Assembly: GCA_031385045.1 (NCBI GenBank)
Contig: JANNBC010000024.1
Coordinates: 1-64,000, forward strand
Length of the DNA stretch: 64,000 bases
Direction of reading: 5' to 3'
Source of the DNA: a bacterium
GTDB taxonomy: Bacteria > Bdellovibrionota_C > UBA2361 > CALJRW01
The notes below the pieces were generated by a model, which saw only the letters and a list, made by a program, of their open reading frames with translations, ran no database searches and was not told where the DNA came from. How positions within the stretch are numbered: position 1 is the stretch's first letter; the number at the start of each line of letters is the position of its first letter. The position numbers and the translations under genes are program-made. This document shows positions 59,062 to 64,000 of the stretch, in pieces.

Positions 59062-59355
59062 ATGAATCTTCCACAAAGAATTAAAGTTCAAGCCGTTATA
59101 AAGTCTAGATATAATTCAGAAATGTTCACAGACTTCTCTGGCCTTAGTCGTCCAGCTAACTGGGATGATCGTAAATCTGGGCTAGAACAAGTTTTGACAT
59201 CAAATGGTGAGCAGATTGCCTTGCGTTCTGGCGGTGCACAGTCAACTCCTAAAGAGGGTTGGGTTTTATTATTAACCGCCGGAAGTGATGAAGAAGGTTA
59301 TGAATGGACATTATATGGCATCACAAAAAGTCCTGTTTCTTCTAATAAGAGTTAG
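59062..59355 (+). CDS. Hypothetical protein
   Basis: 97-aa ORF 6 bp after ihfB, with GGAG upstream. Confidence 0.65.
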   Translation: MNLPQRIKVQAVIKSRYNSEMFTDFSGLSRPANWDDRKSGLEQVLTSNGEQIALRSGGAQSTPKEGWVLLLTAGSDEEGYEWTLYGITKSPVSSNKS

Positions 59356-59375
59356 TTTTTGTAGAAAATCTGTAC

Positions 59376-59407
59376 TTCGGGAAACTTCCTGAAACTCTTC
59401 TTTTTTT
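59376..59407 (+). terminator. Possible intrinsic terminator
   Basis: TTCGGGAA/TTCCTGAA stem followed by a pyrimidine run and T7. Confidence 0.4.
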
Positions 59408-59438
59408 ATACTCAATAAATTTATTTAATTGGTTAATC

Positions 59439-60440
59439 ATGAAAATCACAAATCCAAAAGTTGCTATCGTTGGTTGCACTGGAGTCGTTGGTACTGAGAT
59501 GTTGAATGTCCTAAAGGAAAGAAATTTTCCTTATGCTGAGATTCGTTTATTGGCGTCAGCTAATTCTGCCGGCGAGCTTTATGAATTTGATGATCAAGAA
59601 TTAATTGTTGAAGAGTTAAATGATAATTCATTTGAGCAAGTTGATATTGCTTTATTTGCAACTAGTGCGGAATTATCTGCTAAATATGTACCAATAGCTC
59701 AAAAAGCTGGAGCTATTTCTATTGATAACTCAAGTTACTTTCGAATGGATCCAAATGTTCCGTTAGTTGTTCCAGAAGTCAATCCTCATGCTATCAAATC
59801 AACAGATCGAATTATTGCGAATCCTAACTGTTCAACAATCCAGTTGGTTCCAGTTTTAAAAGCTTTGGAAGCGGCTGTAGGGATTAAACGAGTCGTTGTT
59901 TCCACTTATCAGGCTGTCTCTGGCGCAGGAAAAGCTGCTATGGAGGAGCTGTGGCAACAGACAGTTGGGATTTTAAATCAAAAAGAAGTTGCTCCAGAAG
60001 CATTTTTACACCAGATTGCTTTTAACTGTATTCCTCAAATCGATGTGTTTCAAGATGATGGTTACACCAAAGAAGAAACTAAAGTCATAAATGAGAGTCG
60101 GAAGATTCTAGAACTTCCTGATTTAGCGATTACATGTACGGCCGTTCGAGTTCCAGTTTTTAATTCACATGCCGAAAGTGTCAATGTCGAACTCAAACAA
60201 GACCTGTCAATGGAAGCTTTGATTGACAAGTTAAAAAGTATTCCTGGTGTTAAGGTTTTTAGTGATCCGAGTGAATATCCACTACAGATTAACGTTTCTG
60301 GTTCTGATGATATTTTTGTTGGTCGAATTCGTCGTGATTCTTCAGTTCCTTTTGGTTACAATTTATGGATCGTAGCTGATAATTTAAAGAAAGGTGCTGC
60401 CTTAAATGCTGTGCAGATTGCGGAATTGTTTGTTAAGTAA
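59439..60440 (+). CDS. asd: Aspartate-semialdehyde dehydrogenase
   Basis: VGCTGVVG, DNSSYFRM, ANPNCST, YQAVSGAG, DNLKKGAALN. Confidence 0.97.
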   Translation: MKITNPKVAIVGCTGVVGTEMLNVLKERNFPYAEIRLLASANSAGELYEFDDQELIVEELNDNSFEQVDIALFATSAELSAKYVPIAQKAGAISIDNSSYFRMDPNVPLVVPEVNPHAIKSTDRIIANPNCSTIQLVPVLKALEAAVGIKRVVVSTYQAVSGAGKAAMEELWQQTVGILNQKEVAPEAFLHQIAFNCIPQIDVFQDDGYTKEETKVINESRKILELPDLAITCTAVRVPVFNSHAESVNVELKQDLSMEALIDKLKSIPGVKVFSDPSEYPLQINVSGSDDIFVGRIRRDSSVPFGYNLWIVADNLKKGAALNAVQIAELFVK

Positions 60441-61183
60441 TGCCAAACTACAAATTAACTTTAGAGTATGATGGTTCAAGCTTTCAAGGCTGGCATCAGC
60501 AGAAAAATGGATCTTCAATTTCTGAAGAAATATTAAAGACGTTAAGCTTAATTTTACCTCTGCCAGTTGAGCAGATCTACGCCTCCGGACGAACTGATTC
60601 GGGAGTTCATGCTAAGGCTCAAATCGCCAATTTTCATTACCCGCAGCTAATTGACTGTGATGCTTTGTTATTAAGCATTAGTAGTATTCTGAGAGGCCGA
60701 GTTGCCGTATTAGCTGTAGAGCTTGTGCCTGATGACTTTCATGCGCGTTTTTCTGCTGTTGGCAAAGTCTATACTTATCAAATTCTTAATCGTCCAGCAC
60801 CAGCAAGTTATTTACGTCAGCAAGTTTGGCATGTTCCGCAAAAATTAAATTTAGAGTTAATGCAGCTCGAAGCTCAGTCATTAATTGGTGAGCATGATTT
60901 TACAAGTTTTCGGGCGATGAATTGCGAGGCCAAAAGTGCAGTCAAGAAAATTCATCAGATTGACTTTGAGTTAAGAGATTTTTTGGTAATTATTCGAATT
61001 GAGGGGACTGGCTTTTTAAAGCAAATGGTTCGAAATATTGTAGGAACGCTCGTTGATTTTGGTAAGGGGAGTGCACACCTTAAAGATTCTTCGATTAAGG
61101 AAATTTTGTTAAAAAGAGATCGTCGTAGTGCTGGTCAGACAGCTCCAGCCGAAGGGCTCTTTTTAGAGAGAGTCATTTACTAA
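60440..61183 (+). CDS. truA: tRNA pseudouridine(38-40) synthase
   Basis: EYDGSSFQGW, SGRTDSGVHA, FHARFSA, FLKQMVRNIVG. Confidence 0.97.
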   Translation: MPNYKLTLEYDGSSFQGWHQQKNGSSISEEILKTLSLILPLPVEQIYASGRTDSGVHAKAQIANFHYPQLIDCDALLLSISSILRGRVAVLAVELVPDDFHARFSAVGKVYTYQILNRPAPASYLRQQVWHVPQKLNLELMQLEAQSLIGEHDFTSFRAMNCEAKSAVKKIHQIDFELRDFLVIIRIEGTGFLKQMVRNIVGTLVDFGKGSAHLKDSSIKEILLKRDRRSAGQTAPAEGLFLERVIY

Positions 61184-61189
61184 GAGTTT

Positions 61190-62875
61190 TTAGTTTAATT
61201 CTAGGTCTTTTTCTAAATCTTCTGAGAGATCAAGTTCTTCAGCATCAACTACAAATGAACCAAAAAGGTAAGGCGTTAATAATTTATTTGCCCTTTGAAC
61301 TCCATAGCTATTATTCAAGGAGTTGGTATCAAATTTATCAGGCACTATAAAATTAAGTTTGAGGCTACTGTTATCATTATTACGTCGCCCTGTAATTCTA
61401 ATACTAGTTTTTTGTGTAACTGTTTTATCTCCAATACTGATTTCAGCATTAGCTTCTCCTAGTATAGTGAACTCTGGCCCATTTTCTTGAGTTAATAATG
61501 TTTTGGTTAAACTTACCCTTCTTAATTGAGCATCAGGGTTAGTAGTTATTGGTGGTGATGCAGTAAAAGTTAGGTTTTGAATTTTGCCTTGATTAAAATT
61601 AAGGGTGGCGTCAATAAAAACTGACTCCACATCCTTAAAGATTACAATTTCATTCGGAAGATTCTTTTTTGGCACAGTAACTAACTGTTGAGGAAGTACT
61701 ACAGGAGTTATTACTACGGGGCGTTTGTTTGCTTGATATTTCTCGTATATTAAATAACCAAAGATACTCAGGGCCACTATAGGAAAGATATACAGCAATG
61801 AAGCCAAGTGATTTTTCTTTGTCTTTCTAGCAATTGTAGTTGTGACGTAGGGAGAATATTGAGACTTTTGTCTAGTACTTGTAAGATCGATTACCTCACT
61901 CTTATAGTTTTGGGCAAAGTGTTTTGGTCTATTCCCTCCGACTGCTTCATTTACGGAGTCCTTTAGTTCGTAAGTGTCTCTGTTGCGAATATCTAAATGT
62001 GTCGGATTCTTAGAGAATGTTCCAATGTCATTTGCATTAACCTCATCCAAGGCATCGGCCATCTCAGCACAAGTTTGAAAACGATCTTTAGGTGAAATAG
62101 TGATCGATTTGTTAATCCAGAGAGCAAGTTTTTCAGGACAATCATTACGATACATCCGAGGATCGTAAGGGTTTACCTGTGTTCTTTGTTGCATCTTGAT
62201 AAAAATATTATCCCCCGGAAACGGATCTGTGCCGGTAACCATTTCATAGGCAATAATGCCAAGGGCATAGATATCCGTTCTTTCATCTACTTTTTGGTAC
62301 TGGATATATTCTGGAGCAATATAATTTGTAGATCCAAGCAGTGCCCCTGTTTCTGTCATTCGAGAATTTTTATCCATCATGGAAATTCCAAAGTCAGAAA
62401 TCTTTACAATATTGTCTTCTGTAATTAGAATATTCTCTGGTTTTAAATCGCGGTGGATAATACCATGTTTGTGGAGTGCCCCGGTGCCAGCGCACATTTG
62501 ATATAGATAGTTGATAATTAGCTCGATTGGTAATTGTGAGTTGATCATCATCTTGTCAGCGAGATCTCCACCACGGACATACTCCATAGTATATCCAACT
62601 AAAGAGCCTTCTTTAATAAATTCGTAAGCTCGAACAACATTTTCGTGGGAAACATTTAGTGCCGCAATAACTTCATTATGAAAGCGCTTCATAATTGTTT
62701 CGTCATTAGATATTTCGGGTTTTAAAACTTTTAAAACAAATAGTTTATCTTGGAGATCTTTGTGAGAACAAAGGTAAACATCACCCATAGCTCCTTGACC
62801 TAGAGCGGAGATGATTTTGTACCTTCCGGAAATCATTGTTCCTGGGGTAATTCCAGAGCTGATTATGTCGTTCAC
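61190..62875 (-). CDS. Hanks-type Ser/Thr protein kinase with a TM and an extracytoplasmic domain
   Basis: LGQGAMG, VLK, HRDLKPEN, DFG, YIAPE, DIYALG; TM near aa 357-377. Confidence 0.93.
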   Translation of the reverse strand: MNDIISSGITPGTMISGRYKIISALGQGAMGDVYLCSHKDLQDKLFVLKVLKPEISNDETIMKRFHNEVIAALNVSHENVVRAYEFIKEGSLVGYTMEYVRGGDLADKMMINSQLPIELIINYLYQMCAGTGALHKHGIIHRDLKPENILITEDNIVKISDFGISMMDKNSRMTETGALLGSTNYIAPEYIQYQKVDERTDIYALGIIAYEMVTGTDPFPGDNIFIKMQQRTQVNPYDPRMYRNDCPEKLALWINKSITISPKDRFQTCAEMADALDEVNANDIGTFSKNPTHLDIRNRDTYELKDSVNEAVGGNRPKHFAQNYKSEVIDLTSTRQKSQYSPYVTTTIARKTKKNHLASLLYIFPIVALSIFGYLIYEKYQANKRPVVITPVVLPQQLVTVPKKNLPNEIVIFKDVESVFIDATLNFNQGKIQNLTFTASPPITTNPDAQLRRVSLTKTLLTQENGPEFTILGEANAEISIGDKTVTQKTSIRITGRRNNDNSSLKLNFIVPDKFDTNSLNNSYGVQRANKLLTPYLFGSFVVDAEELDLSEDLEKDLELN

Positions 62876-62989
62876 TTAACTATGTCCTTAATATTCATCG
62901 ATAGATCTAGTCCTAGGTTAAATAAATATTACTAGATCAAAAGTATCTGTAAATTGCAAAGCTTCAGCAGGAGTCAACTTTCTAAGTAG

Positions 62990-63017
62990 CTATCGGTAAC
63001 CTAACAGTAAATCTTGA
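62990..63017 (-). promoter_or_regulatory. sigma28-like promoter upstream of the kinase
   Basis: Minus strand TCAA-N16-ACCGATAG. Confidence 0.45.
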
Positions 63018-63144
63018 GTTAGCTAGGGATATTAAATATCTAAGAAAAACTCCTATCTAGTCAATTTTACTGTATATTAATTATCAAAATAATTAACCAG
63101 AGTTCAATACTCTTCAGGTTTGTTATACTTTGAATTACTCTGTT

Positions 63145-63999
63145 TTAATAGAGAAAAAATTCAGCCTGTTGCTGATAAGTATCCTCCATTCCTAGTACTT
63201 TATTTAACAGACTCAGCTTGGTTCCAAAAATCTTTCTAAATCTGGCAAACTTATCCTCGCTATAGGTTAACTTTGGAGTTTCATTTGCAGCTAAGGGTTG
63301 ACCTTTAATTTGATAGATTGCTCTAGCTGCTGCATAAATGTCTCCAATCTCATCAGCCAAGCCCAGTTCTACTGCTTCGCTTCCTAGGATTAATCGACCA
63401 TCAGCATACTTTTTGACTTCTTCGATATTCAGATTTCTTCCTTCCGCCACATCATGTAAAAATTGTTGGTATATTTTATCAACAGTAGATTGTAGAAAGC
63501 TACGATCTTGTTCTGTTAGTGCTCGTGTGGGGTTACCAACATCTTTTAACTGGCCACTTTTGATAGTTAAGAAATCTACACCGTACTTTTCTGTTAGTTT
63601 ATGAAAATTGGGAATTTGGACGATAACTCCAATTGATCCAGTTTGAGTACCAGGTTGAAGGAAGATTTTACTTGCTGCTAGTGCAGAGTAAAGTCCGCCA
63701 GAAGCAGCAACAGATCCCATAGAGACTACAATTGGCTTGATACTTTTAAGAGTTTTAACTGCATTGTAAATTTCTTGAGAAGGAGCGACAGCGCCCCCGG
63801 GAGAGTCAATTCTTAAAATTACGCCATCCACACTTTCGTCATTAACTTGCGTATAAAGATCTTGGACAATTGATTTTGAGTCCATGATTGGTCCTAGTAA
63901 TTCAACTACTGCTACATTATGTTTGCTAGGCAAAAGTGATGAACTACTTTTATTAGATATTTTACTTATGGTTGTAGCTAGGAGTACAGGTATTAGAAA
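63145..63999 (-). CDS. sppA: Signal peptide peptidase SppA (36K type), 5'-truncated by the window edge
   Basis: RIDSPGG, AASGG, TGSIGV, KSGQLKD; the frame stays open to the window end through a hydrophobic segment. Confidence 0.93.
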   Translation of the reverse strand, partial: FLIPVLLATTISKISNKSSSSLLPSKHNVAVVELLGPIMDSKSIVQDLYTQVNDESVDGVILRIDSPGGAVAPSQEIYNAVKTLKSIKPIVVSMGSVAASGGLYSALAASKIFLQPGTQTGSIGVIVQIPNFHKLTEKYGVDFLTIKSGQLKDVGNPTRALTEQDRSFLQSTVDKIYQQFLHDVAEGRNLNIEEVKKYADGRLILGSEAVELGLADEIGDIYAAARAIYQIKGQPLAANETPKLTYSEDKFARFRKIFGTKLSLLNKVLGMEDTYQQQAEFFLY

Positions 64000-64000
64000 A

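Noticed and set aside
626..63604. Many 61-138 aa ORFs nested in or antisense to long genes (e.g. 11399..11647, 27679..27945, 34395..34811, 63338..63604)
   Set aside because: They are shadow frames of well-supported CDSs with no motifs of their own

Overview
AT-rich bacterial chromosomal segment. The serS, ihfB, asd, lexA and argA-like sequences and the coaBC neighbourhood look Deltaproteobacteria/Bdellovibrionota-like; this is an inference from protein style only. It holds about 56 densely packed CDSs, mostly housekeeping (recD2, hemD, serS, nadD, hemE, coaBC, nfeD-slipin, queA-tgt, yajC-secDF, nadE, fadJ-like, lexA-recA, alr, ihfB, asd, truA, sppA), plus one tRNA-Arg(CCT). Accessory genes include three GT-C glycosyltransferases, two N-methylation (pilin-type) proteins, a SET-domain protein, SelO, a Hanks kinase and several orphans. 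I see no rRNA, CRISPR array, integrase, transposase or prophage. The most notable signals are non-coding or cryptic: (1) a candidate Na+ (DUF1646-type) riboswitch in front of a tandem CNNM/CorC pair, divergent from mgtC, in a block separating queA-tgt from yajC-secDF; (2) a lexA-recA-ruvC-like-exported nuclease operon with a duplicated TAGGA-N3-TCCTA-like candidate SOS box; (3) clusters of short TA-bounded inverted-repeat (MITE-like) elements, one family present at two loci; (4) two apparent pseudo-enzymes (UDG/psi-like and signal-peptidase-like); (5) sigma28-like promoters on accessory genes and frequent apparently leaderless promoters. All calls were made by eye, without database searches.
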